This document shows positions 28,528 through 42,109 of a stretch of DNA of 64,000 nucleotides, in pieces; the stretch's first letter is position 1, and each line of letters opens with the position of its first letter. The notes under the pieces are model-generated. The model ran no database searches and was not told the DNA's origin. It saw only the letters and a list, made by a program, of their open reading frames with translations. Origin of the DNA: Malacoraja senta (Eukaryota); the NCBI GenBank assembly GCA_038087875.1, contig CM075994.1, positions 8,496,001-8,560,000 of the forward strand, in the 5' to 3' direction. The position numbers and the translations under genes were made by a program.

Positions 28528-29529
28528 GTAAGAATGAACGAAACTCTATTGTCACATGTGACGTCACAGTTATATTCTTTGTTATTTCACTTCCCAAGGT
28601 ATGCGAAGTGTCGCCACAGAAAGGGCACCGATAAAGTTACAAATATCCCATTTTAACGAGTTCCATTTATGGCCCACCATAGTTCTTGGAATATTGAGGG
28701 CAATTTTGGGCCCCATATGTCTGGAAGGATGTGCTGGCCCTGGAGAGGGTCCAGAGGAGGTTTACAAGAATGATCCCGGGATAAGTGGGTTAACATATGA
28801 TGAGTGTTTGTCGGCACTGGGCCTGTACTCGCTGGAGTTTGGAAGGATGATGGGGAAGGATAGAGTGGATGTGGAGAGGATGCTTCCACTAGTGGAGAGT
28901 CCAGGACCAGAGGTCACAGCCTCAGAATTAAGGACGTTCCTTTTGGAAGGAGATGAGGAGGAATTTCTTTCGTCGGTGGGTGGTGAATCTGTGGGATTCT
29001 TTGCCACAGAAGGCTGTGGAGGCCAAGTCAATGGATATATTTAAGGCAGAGATAGATAGATTCTTGATTGGTACAGAATAGCGAAAGGCTTGGATAGAGT
29101 GGATGTGGAGAGGATGTTTCCACTAGTGGGAAAGTCTAGGTCATAGCGTCAGAATTAAAGGGCATTCCAGAGAAGATGGGGAGGAATTTCTTTAGTCGGA
29201 AGGTGGTGAATCTGTGGGATTCATTGCCACAGAAGGCTGTGGAGGTCAAGTCAGTGGATATTTTTAAGGCAGAGATAGATAGATTCTTGATTAGTACGGG
29301 TGTCAGGGGTTACGGGGAGAAGGCAGGAGAATGGGGTTGGAAGGGAGAGATAGATCAGCCATGATGGAATGGCAGAGTGGACTTGATGGGCCAAATGATC
29401 TAATTCTGTTCCTATCACTTATGACCTTGCGACAATGAATCATTGAATTTTTCCAAAATATATAACCCACTTTCTTCTTTCACTGCCTCTCCATCTCTGT
29501 CTCCCACTCCCGCCCCTCCAAACCTCCAG

Positions 29530-29671
29530 AATGCAATACATCCTCGACTCTGAATCTTGGGTAGAAGAGGTGCCACCCGCCGCGAGTTGCAGGAGCACGA
29601 GATCTCGAAGAATTTGCAAGAAATTCCACGATTTTGTCTCCAATCTTGAACTTGAAGGTTGCCAAACTTGA
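29530..29671 (+). CDS. C4: Complement C4 last coding exon (KMQYILDSESWVEEVPPAASCRSTRSRRICKKFHDFVSNLELEGCQT*)
   Basis: ccAG acceptor after a pyrimidine tract, TGA at 29669-29671. Resembles the C4 C-terminus QYLLDSNSWIEE...CRSTR...GCQV. Confidence 0.95.
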
Positions 29672-29705
29672 ACAGGGAGGTTGCTCCAAGCATAAGGCCC
29701 TGTGG

Positions 29706-29711
29706 AATAAA
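29706..29711 (+). terminator. Probable C4 polyadenylation signal AATAAA
   Basis: AATAAA about 35 nt after the stop codon. Confidence 0.65.
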
Positions 29712-30471
29712 TCACTCAATCAAAGAATGAGTCACAGTGAAATTATTTGCTTGCATACGCAAGGTATGCAATTGGTGGCCACATCAAGGGCAGTGACAAA
29801 GTTACAGAGTATCCCACACCCGGTCTGACAGTGTGGAAACTGTCCCAACATGCCCAATCTACACTAGACCCACCCGCCTGCATTTGGCCCATATACCTTT
29901 AACCTTGTCCTGTTCACAGAGTTATAGCGGCAGAAAATCATGGCGTCTTACAGCGTAGGAACAGGCCCTTCATTCTCCCCATGACCTCCGAGATCTTCGG
30001 TTTCCTCCCACACTCCAAAGTCGTGCAGGTTTTTAGGTGGATTGGCTTTCAATGAATTGTGAATTGTCCTCAGTATGTGTCGGATAGTGTTAGTGTGTGC
30101 GGGGATCGCTGGTCAGTGCTAGCTCGAAGGGCCGAATGGCCTACTACTGCACCTATTTTCTATGTTTCTACATTTCTATATAACCTCCATCTTCTCAAAA
30201 CTGTGTAAATGTAAACCTTTACGTTGCCGCAGTTAAACACCTTGGTACGAGGAAATAACTCATATCATTTGTAGAGGTGGCCCAGCGGTAGAGTTGCTGC
30301 CTCACTGCGCCAGAGACCCGGTGTTGGATCCTGACCACGGGTGCTGTCTGTACGGAGTTTGCACGTTCTCCCCGTGACCTGCGTGGGTTTTCTCCGGGTG
30401 CTCCGGTTTCTTCCCACACACCAAAGACGTGAAGGTTTGTAGGTTAATTGGCTTCGGTAAAGATTGTAAAT

Positions 30472-30864
30472 CAGGGGTTGGGAACCTACGGCCCAAGGAC
30501 CGAATCCGGCCTGTAATTTGAAATCAAGCGACCGCAGGCGTATTGTTTTTCAATTCGTTTTCGCGACTTGGGAACTGAAGCCAGTCCCGGGGCAGGCAGG
30601 CAACCTGGGAACCGAAGCCAGTCCCGGGACACGCAGGCAACCTGGGAACTGAAGCCAGTCCCGGGGACGTGAGATGATCCTGGGAACTGAAGCCAGTCCC
30701 GGGACACACAGGCAACCTGGGAACTGAAGCCAGTCCCGAGGCACGCAGGCAACCTGGGAACTGCAGCCAGTCCCGGGACACGCAGGCAACCTGGGAACTG
30801 CAGCCAGTCCCAGGGCAGGCGAGCCGACCTGGCAACTGCAGCCAGTCCCAGTTACCGATTCCCG
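30472..30864. mobile_element. Small non-autonomous hAT-like element filled with a ~40-bp minisatellite, inserted in a SINE
   Basis: Left end CAGGGGTTGGGAACC, degenerate right TIR. 8-bp flanks ttgtaaat/gtgtaaat. About 7 units of caacctgggaactgaagccagtcccgggacacgcagg. Confidence 0.6.
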
Positions 30865-32409
30865 GTGTAAATTGTCCCTGGTGTGTGAAGGATGGTGCTA
30901 GTGTACGGGGTGATCGCTGGTCAGCGCGGACTCGGTGGGCCGAAGGGCCTGTTTCCACGCTGTATTTCTAAACTGAACTAAAGTAAATTAGTGTTTCACG
31001 CGTTTAGCATTTAAAGAAAGCACAGAGTGGGAGCGCTTACATTTTATTTTCAGTTCTGAATGGCAGGTAGCAGGTTTTGTCAAACAGACCAAGAGAAAGA
31101 AGCAAAGGTGTTAAAACACACCAAGGTTCACCGTGTCGAGACACAAGATACCGGAGCATGGAAAGGAGCAAATCATTATCAGACGGGGTCGGTGTCTTCC
31201 ACACGTTAAAGGGTTAAACTGGAGGGAGGGACTACGGGGTATGCAGGCGGAGAGGGGTGGAGGGAGAGGGGAGGGGGAGGGAGGGTGGGGGAAGGAGGGA
31301 GGTGGAGAGGGAGGGAAACGGTAGGGGGAGGGGTGCGGAGGGAGGGGGAGGGAATGGAAGGAGAGGTAGGTGGAGGAAGATGGAGATGGATAGAGGTAGA
31401 GAGAGAGGAGGGGGAAGGAGGTAGAGAGAGAGGGGAGGGTGGAGATATAGAAACAGAAAATAGGTGCAGGAGGCCATTCGGCCCTTCGAGCCAGCACCGC
31501 CATTCATTGTGATCATTGCTGATCCACAATCAATAACCCGTGCCTGCCTTCTCCCCATATCCCTTGATTCCACTAGGCCCTAGAGCTCTATCTAACTCTC
31601 TCTAAATCCATCCAGTGATTTGGCCTCCACTGCCCTCTGTGGTAGGGAATTCCAAAAATTCACAACTCTCTTGGTGGAAACGTTTTTTCTCACCTGGTTC
31701 TGGATCACCCAACATTGGAACATTTTGCTGCATCTAGCTTGTCCAGTCCTTATATAATGTTATGTTTCTATAAGAACGCCTCCTCATCCTTCCAAACTCC
31801 AGTGAATACAAGTCTGGTCTTTTCAATCTTTCCTCATATGACAGTCCCGCCATCCCAGGGATCAATCTCGTGAACCTACGCTGCAGTGCCTCAATCACAA
31901 GGATGTCCTTCCTCAAATTCGGAGACCAAAACTGTACGCAATACTGCAGATGTGATCTTATCAGAGCCCTATACAACTGCAGAAGAACCTCTTTACTCCT
32001 CTACTGAAATCCTCTTGTTATGAAGGCCAACATTCCATTTGCTTTCTTCACTGCCTGCTGTACCAGTTCGTGGTTGGAGGGAGGGGGGGAGAGGGGGGAG
32101 GGTGTCAGAGCGGACCCGGTGGGCTGAAGGGCCTGTTTCCATGCTGTATCTAAACTAAACGGAACTAAATTTGGATCAAGTGAATTTCTGTGGGTAGAAG
32201 ATGGATTTGCAAAGAAGTGGATTTCAGGCCGATGGAACGATGCAATGCTGTTTTATCCAGAGGTTGTTTTCTGCGGGAATTGGATGATCACAAAGCAGCC
32301 TCGTGCTGAAGGGGAAGGAGTTACAGCTTTGAGAATTGTCCTGCAAGCAGCCTGTTCACAGTAAATTAAAAATATATTATTACCATGATACACCCTGATG
32401 CATTCCCAT

Positions 32410-32825
32410 CATCATTTAAGCTCATCAGGAAGGCTGGCTCTCTCCTGGGGGCGGAGTTGGATTCATGGGAGGTGGTCTTGGAGGGGAGGATGCTCCTCAA
32501 ACTGCGGAGCATCCTGGACAATAACAGCTCATCCCCTCCATGACACACTGGTCAACCTGAGGAGCACCTTCAGCAACAGACTGGTTCCACCGAGATGCAG
32601 CACAGAACGCCACAGGAGATCCTTTTTCCCTTTGGCTATCAAACTGTACAACTCCACCTTCTGTCGTGGGGTAGACAAAGACTGACACCCCCCCCCCCCC
32701 AATCTTTGCACATCCCCAATCCTTTCCACTCGTCACTTTAATTTCATGTTCCATGTATCTTGTGTTTTTTTTACTGTTGACAGATCAATTTCCCTCCTGG
32801 GATAAATAAAGTTCTATTGTATCGT
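32410..32825 (+). mobile_element. Rex1/Babar-like LINE 3' end (another piece at ~2140-2345 on the minus strand)
   Basis: HPLHDTL...STERHRRSFFPLAIKLYN C-terminal motif, followed by AATAAA and a short repeat tail. Confidence 0.7.
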
Positions 32826-33403
32826 ATATGTACCTCCCTGTTTAACTCAACCCTTCCCACCCAAACCACCCTCTCCCCAGGTACCTTCCCCTGCGACCGC
32901 AGGAGATACAACACCGCTTTTGATTGGTGCTGCACGGTGGCGCAGCGGTAGAGTTGCTGCCTCACAGCGCCAGAGACCCGGGTTCGATCTAGACCACGGG
33001 TGCTGTCTGTACTGAGTTTGTACGTTCTCCCTCAACCCCCTCCCCCACCCCCCACATAAAACAAACCAGTGAACATTAACACAAACTTTTAAAACACACT
33101 AAAATAACAAAAAAAAGAAGAAAAGACAGACAGACTGTTGGCGAGTCTGCCATTGTGCGGCGCCCCCTGGTGGTATTATGAACCACTTACCAAAATGATC
33201 GTATAGCTTTTGCAGAGTAGGTTCAATGCACGCCTTCTCCCTGCCTTAAAAATTGTTGAACGAAACCGCCTAGAGGAAGAAAACATAAGTTTCAAAGAAA
33301 AATAATATATACGCTTTTTATTTTAGGGATACAGTGGGGAAACAGGCCCTTGGGCCCACCGAGTCCGCACTGACCAGCGATCAACCCGTACACTAGCACT
33401 AAC

Positions 33404-33434
<31 letters not shown>

Positions 33435-33708
33435 AGGGACAATTTACAGTTTTCACCAAAGCCAATTAAAACCTACAAACCCGCACGTCTTTGGGATGTG
33501 GGAACAAACCGGAGAATCCGGAGATGGCGCAGCGGTAGAGTTGCTGCCTTACTGCAGATGCAGCGCCAGTGTCCCAGGTTCGATCCCGACTACGGGTGCT
33601 GCCTGTACGAAGTTTGCACGTTCTCCCCGTGACCTGCGTGGATTTTCTCCGAGATCTTCGGTTTCCTCCCACACTCCAAAGACGTACAGGTTTGATGTAA
33701 AGTTGTCC

Positions 33709-33759
<51 letters not shown>

Positions 33760-34221
33760 GATAGTGTCAATGTGGGGGCCGAATGGGTTGTTTCCGCACT
33801 GTATTTCTAAACGAAAACCCACGGGGAGAAGGTACAAACTCCGTACTGACAGTACCCGTGGTCAGGATTGAACCCGGGTCTCTGGCGCCGTGAGGAAGCA
33901 ACTCTACTGCTGCGCCACTGTGCCACCCAAGTACTATATTACTAATATATATATATATATAAAAGCATTTACATTTATAAATATATTATATTAAAATATT
34001 TACTATTTTCCATTGTATTCTACTACGGGGTTCAATGTACATAGTGAGAGCTGTTATATATTGTTCGTGCGGTATGGTTAGCTGATGTTTCGGGTCGATC
34101 CTTTCTCCATGTTCTCCATAGATGCTGCCTGAACTGCTGAGTTACTCCACCACTTAGCGTCTGGTGTTGGAGACCAGGCCTAAGTGCTGCAGTAACTTAG
34201 TTTAGTTTAGTTTATTGTCTA

Positions 34222-35075
34222 GAGTGGCGGCGCTGTTGAACAGCAGCGGCTCGCGTGCAGTCCGTCTGTTTTTACTTTTTTTGTTGTTTTCATTTGTCCT
34301 GTTTTAGTTAAATTTTAGTTTATTGGGTTGTGTATGTGTGGGGTGGGGTGGGGGGGTGAAACATGACTTTCGTCTCTTCCTTCGGGGGAATGCGACTTTT
34401 ACTTGTCGTATCCCCCTTCTCTGCCTCCGTCTGCGCTGAGGCCTAATGGCGGAGCTGCCGGCCTCCAACTCCAACTGCGAGCGACCGACCGACCTCGAGG
34501 CTCCGGAGGCAGAGCCAGGATTTACCAGCGCGGGGCTGGCCTGCTTCGGGGCTGCGATGGCGTTCCGGCGGTGGCGACCGAGGACGCTGGTGGCTACCTG
34601 AGTCCGGAGGCTCGGCCGCGGCTGGCCCGGTGGACGACATCTTCGGGAGCGCGCAGGTCACAGGTTGGTGACCTGTTTTTCTGGGGCTCCCGCAACTACA
34701 GCTGCGTCCGCTGGACTGGAGGGCGGCAGCTTCGGCAGCCTCGGCCAACCCGGGCCGCGGAGTTTGAACCGGCCCGTCGCGGACGGAGCACGGATTCAGC
34801 CGCGGGACTGACTTACCATCACCCGGTGGGGTCACAACATCAGAAGCCTGGATCACCTCAACGCAGAGGGAGAACAAGGAGGGAAGAGACAGAGACTTTA
34901 AGACTTTTGCCTCCATCACAGTGAGGAGGAGCCTGGTGAACTCACTGTGGTGGATGTTAATTTGTGTTTATTGTGCGTTTTGTTATTTATTATTATATGT
35001 ATGACTGCAGGCAACGAAATTTCATTCAGACCGAAAGGTCTGAATGACAAATAAAGGAATCTCTCTCTAATCTCT
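34222..35075 (+). mobile_element. CpG-rich non-coding interspersed element, probably a non-autonomous retroelement; relatives at ~46510-47350, ~50325-51070 and ~55905-56650 on the minus strand
   Basis: Shared block ccatcacagtgaggag...cactgtggtggatgtt, T-rich 5' part, short simple-repeat tail, no credible ORF. Confidence 0.6.
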
Positions 35076-37734
35076 CTAGGGTTTAGTAACTGAGCTTAGT
35101 TTAGTTTATTGTCACATATACCGAGGTACAGTGAAAAACTTTTGTTACGTGCTAACCAGTCAGCAGAAAGACAATATATGATTACAATCAAGCCGTCCAC
35201 AGTGTTCAGATACATGATAAGGGAATAACGTTTAGTACAAGGTAAAGCCAGCAAAGTCATATCAAGGATAGTCCGAGGGTCTCCAATGAGGTAGATAGTA
35301 GTTCAGGGCCGCTCTCTGGTTGTGGTAGGATGGTTCAGTTGCCTGATAACAGCTGGGAAGAAACTGTCCCTGAATCTGGAGGTGTGCGTTTTCACACTTC
35401 TGCACCTTTTGCCCGATGGGAGAGGGGAGAAGAGGGAGTGGCCGGGGTGCGACTGGTCCTTGATTATGCTGCTGGCCTTGCCGAGTGGACGAGGGAGAGA
35501 GAGAGAGGGAGAGAGAGAGTGAGAGGAGGGGAAGACGGGGAGAGAGTGGAGAGAGAGAGAAAGGGGAGAGAGAGAGAGAGAGGGAGAGAGCGAGAGGAGG
35601 GGAAGTCGGGGAGAGAGAGAGAAAGGGGAAAGAGAGTTCAGATTAGTTTACTGTCACGTGTACCGAGGTACAGTGAAAAGTTTTTTGTTGCGTGCTAACC
35701 AGTCAGCAGAAAGACTATATGATGCTGTGGCCGTCAGTGGATATATTTAAGGCAGAGACAGATAGATTATTGATTAGTACGGGTGTCAGGGGTTATGGGG
35801 AGAAGGCAGGAGAATGGGGTTAGGAGGGAGAAACAGATCAGCCATGATTGAATGGTGGAGTAGACTTGATGGGCCGAATGGCCTAATTCTGCTCCTATCG
35901 CTTATAATCTTATGATCTGTACCTGCTTTAGATATCCTATGTTCTTCCAGAATAATTGTTTAAGAAAGAACTGCAGATGCTGGAAAAATTGAAGGTAGAC
36001 ACAAAATGCTGGAGAAACTCAGCGGGTGAGGCAGCATCTATGGAGAGAAGGAACAGGTCGAGACCCTTCTTCAGCCTCGACCCGAAACGTCGCCTATTCC
36101 ATCTCTCCATAGATGCTGCCTCACCCGCTGAGTTTCTCCAGCACATTGTGTCTACCTCCTTCCAGAATAACCTGTTTTAAATGCTTTTGCTGCTTCATGA
36201 GCTGCATTTACGATGCTTTCAATAAAACCACATTGTGTTCTGCTTCGAATCTGCGGATGTTTTCGTTTCCCTTCTATTCAAAGTTAATGTCTGTGTGGTT
36301 TCAGGCTTAACATTTGGGGCGGCACGGTGGTGCAGCGGGTAGAGCTGCTGCCTCACGGCGCCAGAGACCCGGGTTCTATCCTGACTTCGGGTGGTGTGTG
36401 TGTGTGTGGAGTTTCTACGTTCTTCCTGTAACCCGCGTGGGTTTCCTCCGGGTGCTCCGGTTTCCTCCCACATCCCAACGACGTGCGGGTTTGTAGGTTA
36501 ATCGGGCCCTCTGTAAATTGCCCCCTAGTGTGTAGGGAGTGGATGAGAAAGTGGGATAACGTCGATCTAGCGTGAGAAAAGACACAAAGTGCTGGAGTAA
36601 CTCAGGCAAATCACACAAGAACATGGATATGGAAACCAGACTCACCCCCCTGAGTTACTCCAGCACTTTGTGTCTTTTTCTCGTAAACCAGGTAATGACC
36701 AGATAATGGTTTATAAAATTACAGTGGATGAAACAGTGGGATAATATATAGACCCAGTGTGAATGGGTGATCGATGGTCAGCATGGTCTTGGTTCCATGC
36801 TGTACCACTAAACTAAACTAAACTAATCTAAACTACACCAAACTATACAAAACTAAACTACACTACACTAAACTACACCAGTAACATAGGAAATAGGTGT
36901 AGGAGTAGGCCATTCGGCCCTTCGAGCCAGCAGTGCCATTCAATATCATCATGGCTGATCATCCAAAATCAGTACCCCGTTCCTGCCTTCTTCCCACATC
37001 CCTTGATATATTCACAGCCCTCTGGGTGAAAAGGGTTTTCCTCCTCTCAGTTCTAAATGGCCTACCATTTTCCCCTACTTTTCAGTTTCCAGCAAAGATC
37101 CTGGAGCGGAGCTGCCATGACCCCGGGGGTTACTGAACGATTTCACCCTCCTCCCTCCTTTACTATGAAAAAAATTAAGCACTTTCATTTCCCCGGACGG
37201 GTGCAGGGGAGACCCGAATGCTACAAAAAAACGTAATCTTTTTTTTTGTGTGTTTTAAAACATTGTGGGACCAGGGGTTGTTTTTAGAAAGAAGTTAGAC
37301 ACAAAATGCTGGTGTAACTCAGCGGGACAGGCAGCATCTCTGGAGAGAAGGAATGGGTGGGGTTTCGGTCCGAGAGCCTTCTTCAAGTGTCGGGATCTCT
37401 CTCTCTCTCTCTGTCCCTCTCTCTCTCTCTCTCTCGCAAACACATCCTGTGCATGAATTCACAGCTTAATCCTGCGCTACTTAATCCAAGGGCGAGCGAA
37501 CGAGCGGAGAGACGGACGAAAGCCACGTTGATAGAGCGGAATATGTGACATTTCGGGTCGAGACCCTTCTTCAGACTGAGTCAGAGGAAAGGGGAACAAG
37601 AGATATAGACGGCACTAAGGACAAATGAATGGAAGATATGCCTATATCTCCCGTTTCCCTTTCCCTCGACTGTGGGTCTGCAGAAGGGCTCGACCCAAAA
37701 TGTCATCTATTCCGCTCTATGATCGTTGCTTTAG

Positions 37735-38448
<714 letters not shown>

Positions 38449-38809
38449 GTAAGGAGGACATTTTATAAAACATCCAAAGGAAATAGATGTTTAACAAAAA
38501 AAATGGGGGCGGCGATCGCTCCGTGTCCATGTCGGAGGAAAGGGGGGGGGGGTAAATGGCTTGAGTGGGTGCAAGATTTTCTGGAGCTCCTACCAAATGG
38601 CAATATTTTGTATGTTCAAAGTTAGTAAGGAGGACTAGGCAGGAATATCAAAATGATCACCTGTAGATGAGAAACAAAAAGATGATTTGTGCATGAAGAA
38701 GCCATGACCAAAGCAAAGATACTAGAGCGGAGATGGAAGCCGGTTACGGAAACGGTGCTGAACATCACCCATGGCCCTACTACGGCTTATTTGTCGAGTG
38801 GACTATCTT

Positions 38810-39228
38810 GCTCCACTATAGGATCTTTGCTTTCCAGTATCCATGAGATGGAGAGTGTGGAGGAAAGTGACACTGTAAGGGCAGTCCACATCTTTCACCA
38901 GCTCATTGGAATTTTTTCCAATTCCACAATGGCTGTCTAAGAACTTGGCCCTCATCAGACCTGGCGACTCTCTGCCGTAAACGGAGTTCATCTCCTGGAC
39001 GCTCAACTCGTAGACCACCCGCTCCTTCCTGAAGCGGATATCAAACAGCTGTAAACCGCTGGCGGGACTGTGGTGGAACGCGAACTCCCCGTCAAAGTAG
39101 CGAACATGGTTGTTTACAACGTGGTATCTTGGTCCACGTGGCTCGAACTGGAGGGGGCCGTAGGTTTGAAACTTCTGGCGAGCTCTCAGTGAGGCGTAGT
39201 TGGGATCCGAATCCGTCCTTTGGATCTC
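38810..39228 (-). pseudogene. Copper amine oxidase (AOC2/AOC3-like) internal fragment, about 140 open codons
   Basis: GPLQFEPRGPRY...SGLQLFDIRFRKERVVYELSVQE...VDCPY resembles AOC3 PPLQFYPQGPRF...[23 protein letters not shown]...GVDCPY. No usable splice sites at either end. Confidence 0.8.
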
Positions 39229-40070
39229 ACTCGCTCTCTCACTCCCTCTCTCTCGCCCTCTCGCCCCGGCATTCCTGGAATCATCTGGCGTTTTGCGGTG
39301 ACGGCTACATCTGCGGTTCCTTCCTGTTGGGGGGGGGGTGGAACCCTGGCTCGTGGCGGCTGATCCATTCCCTCTGCAGATGCCGCCTGGCCCGCTGAGT
39401 TCCTCCAGCACTCTGTGTTTTTTGTTTGGCTCTGGAGTTGAAGTTGGACACGGGGGGTCTGGTGTGACTCAGCGGGATGGGCGGCGGCTCTGGGGAGTGG
39501 GTGGCGTTTCGGGTCGAGACCCTTCTGCAGACAATCACAAGTACTCTCATCGATGAGAGTTTAGTTCAGTCTGAAGGAGGGTCTTCTCTCCAGAGTCGCT
39601 GCCTATCCCGCTGAGTTACTCCAGCTTTATGTCTAACTTCAATTTCAAGAGTTAAATAAAAAACACAGAGTGCTGGAGGAACTCAGCGGGCTAGGCGGCA
39701 TCTGTGGAGGGAATGGATTAGGAATTGTTTCCAGTCAGGGTTCATAGGAAGGAACCAGGGCCGGATTTACGTATAAGCCAGACAAGCTTAACCTTAGGGC
39801 CTCGAGATCTAGGGGGGCCTCGGACTGCTCCACCAAGGTGTATAAAACTTTAGACATATTCGTATTTTCTGAGCCTTGTCCTTTCAACAGTCAGGAGTGT
39901 TGGAGTCGGTGTGAGGCTGCAAGTTTAACAATGTCAGAACCGGCTCTGACTGTGCCTGCTTCAGGGCTGAAGAAATAAGGCTCCGGGCGCGGTAAAGGGT
40001 GGGTGGAAAGGAGCAGCCACCCGCTACTATAGGCGGAATGGTACTTTCTATAGTTAACCCTGCTCACAGT

Positions 40071-41109
40071 AGGTATGTTACAATACTTACCTTCAGCGGC
40101 GCTGCAATTCTGCCACTGGCCGTGTGTGCGATTTTGGCGCCTTTGAGGGGGGGCGGGGTTAAAACGCGGGTTTCTCCTACCTTGTCCTGTATTATATTTC
40201 GTTGGAGTGCCAGCGTTTGCTGAAAAATCGTTCCTACGGGCGTTTTGTGTTTTTTTTTTTAATTTGATCGACAATGTCAGCGCTGGAGTTCTTTTAAAAT
40301 CAGCTTCGACAGCCGTCAACGCCGAAAACGGGGACGGATTTCACACACGGGACAGGTAAACGAAAGCAATTTATTTTTTTGTATAAAAGTGCTTCTGAAG
40401 AAGCCTTTAATTCATATTTTTTAATGCGAAACGGTGATTCTTTTCCCCGAACTAACGGCAGAATTTTTCCTGCCGATACGGGGTTAAATTCACCGCAAAT
40501 CAACGTTCCAAATGATCGCATTCCAGAAAACCTCACTCGCAAGATGATTTAAATGCCCATTAATTTACAGGTATTAAACATTCAATTCCTTCGATATGGC
40601 CTGTGAATCCATGACAATGAGATATAAAAATTATGTTATATTGTGAATTCTTGTGTGAATGTTATTTGGACACTTAGGCTATTTAAAAATGTTAATCTAT
40701 TCTTAAGAAATTGATAGATGTTTAGATCTAGTAATTGAATTTTGTAATTAGCTGCAATTAGGTAACTAACTAATTATATGCTTTCATTTCATGTCATCTA
40801 AGTAAGATTGTTTCATATTTGTTTCAGAATGCTTCAATCTATAATAACTGAACATTTCTTTCAGTTCTCTTAATTTTTAAGAAAGTTATGGGCTTTTGAC
40901 TGTCCTCGATCACAGCTTTTGTGCTAATTCAATTGAAAAGCAATAGGGAACAAGATGCTAATTTCCGAGTATGAAAATGGCCATAACATTTTTACTACTG
41001 AAGATATGAAAGTGAATTAGGTGTCAAATTAAACTTATTTTGATGCTTTATCTGATGGGATAAATTGCAGACTTTATTTTTTAAATCTCAAAATTTCGTA
41101 ACATTGCTA
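40071..41109. mobile_element. ~1.04-kb non-autonomous DNA transposon, tentatively Zisupton-like
   Basis: 8-bp direct repeat CTCACAGT at 40063-40070 and 41110-41117. Ends aggtATGTTACaa ... tcGTAACATtgcta form a short subterminal inverted repeat. Confidence 0.6.
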
Positions 41110-42109
41110 CTCACAGTCTCTGATAGAGCTGGTTTCCCGCCCACCGGGACCTCCCGCTGACCCTGGCCACTCCACCGCCCTCCAGCAGCCGGCAGCCGTC
41201 GCCTTACCTGCCGCCTTACCTGCAGCCTGTACCGGGCTTGAAGCTTCCACGCTGCAGACTCCAACTCCCCTGAGTTTGAATGCACTGGGTCCTAGTGCTA
41301 GTCACCCGTCGCTGGTAACCTCAGTGGCTGTTCCACTGGGTCTTCACCATTCCCCTCAAACCATGTGACCCCAGCTCTTCCCCACCCACACTACAGTCCT
41401 CATATCCCCCTACCCCCTGACCACCCACCACCCCCCCACCAGACTTCGCCTCGGCCCCAGTCCACTCACCTGCCTTCCTCTGGCCCCAACCCCCATCCCT
41501 GCCATGTGTTAACCATCCCCCCTGACATCCCCCTCTCAGATACCGAATGGTCTGCCCGCAGCAGAGGCCTCACCTTTGTCCCCCTCCGTCCCCACCTCAA
41601 TTAGTTCCGCGCCTGCCGCGATTTGGAGCTCTTCTGAAAGCAATCTTATGACAATGCTGCCAACATGGCTGGTAGGTACAAGGGTATGCAGCAAAAATCC
41701 TCGAAAAAAATCAAATTTGCAAGATTTATTCCATGCGCTGCTCACTCATTAAATTTGGTGGGCTGTTCGGCTGTTGATTGCTGCCTTGATGCAGTGAACT
41801 GTTTTGGAATTATCAATGAAATGTATACCTTCTTTTCATCCTCCACAAAGAGATGGGCAGTTCTAAAATCATTTTTGCAACCTCAGTCAAAAGTGCCAGA
41901 CACTAGGTGGGAGGCACATGCAAAAGCCACAGAAGTTATTTTGGAAAGTTACAGCGCTATCACTGATGACCTCAGTCATTTGTACTCTGATGTTAATGTG
42001 AAGGGTGATACCATGCTTCAAGTTCACAATATAACCATATAACCATATAACCATATAACCATTACAGCACGGAAACAGGCCATCTCGGCCCTTCAAGTCC
42101 GTGCCGAAT

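Noticed and set aside
30566..30850. Regular ~40-bp repeats superficially like a CRISPR array
   Set aside because: The units are contiguous with no unique spacers, there are no cas genes, and the context is vertebrate.
36317..36390. tRNA-like sequences with A and B boxes
   Set aside because: They are heads of tRNA-derived SINEs that continue into SINE core sequence.
38689..38800. ERRWKPVTETVLNI loosely resembles BCL7 exon 2 (EKKWVTVGDTSLRI)
   Set aside because: No in-phase AG acceptor, similarity stops before YKWVPV, and true BCL7 exon 2 is nearly invariant while exon 1 here is barely diverged; probably chance.
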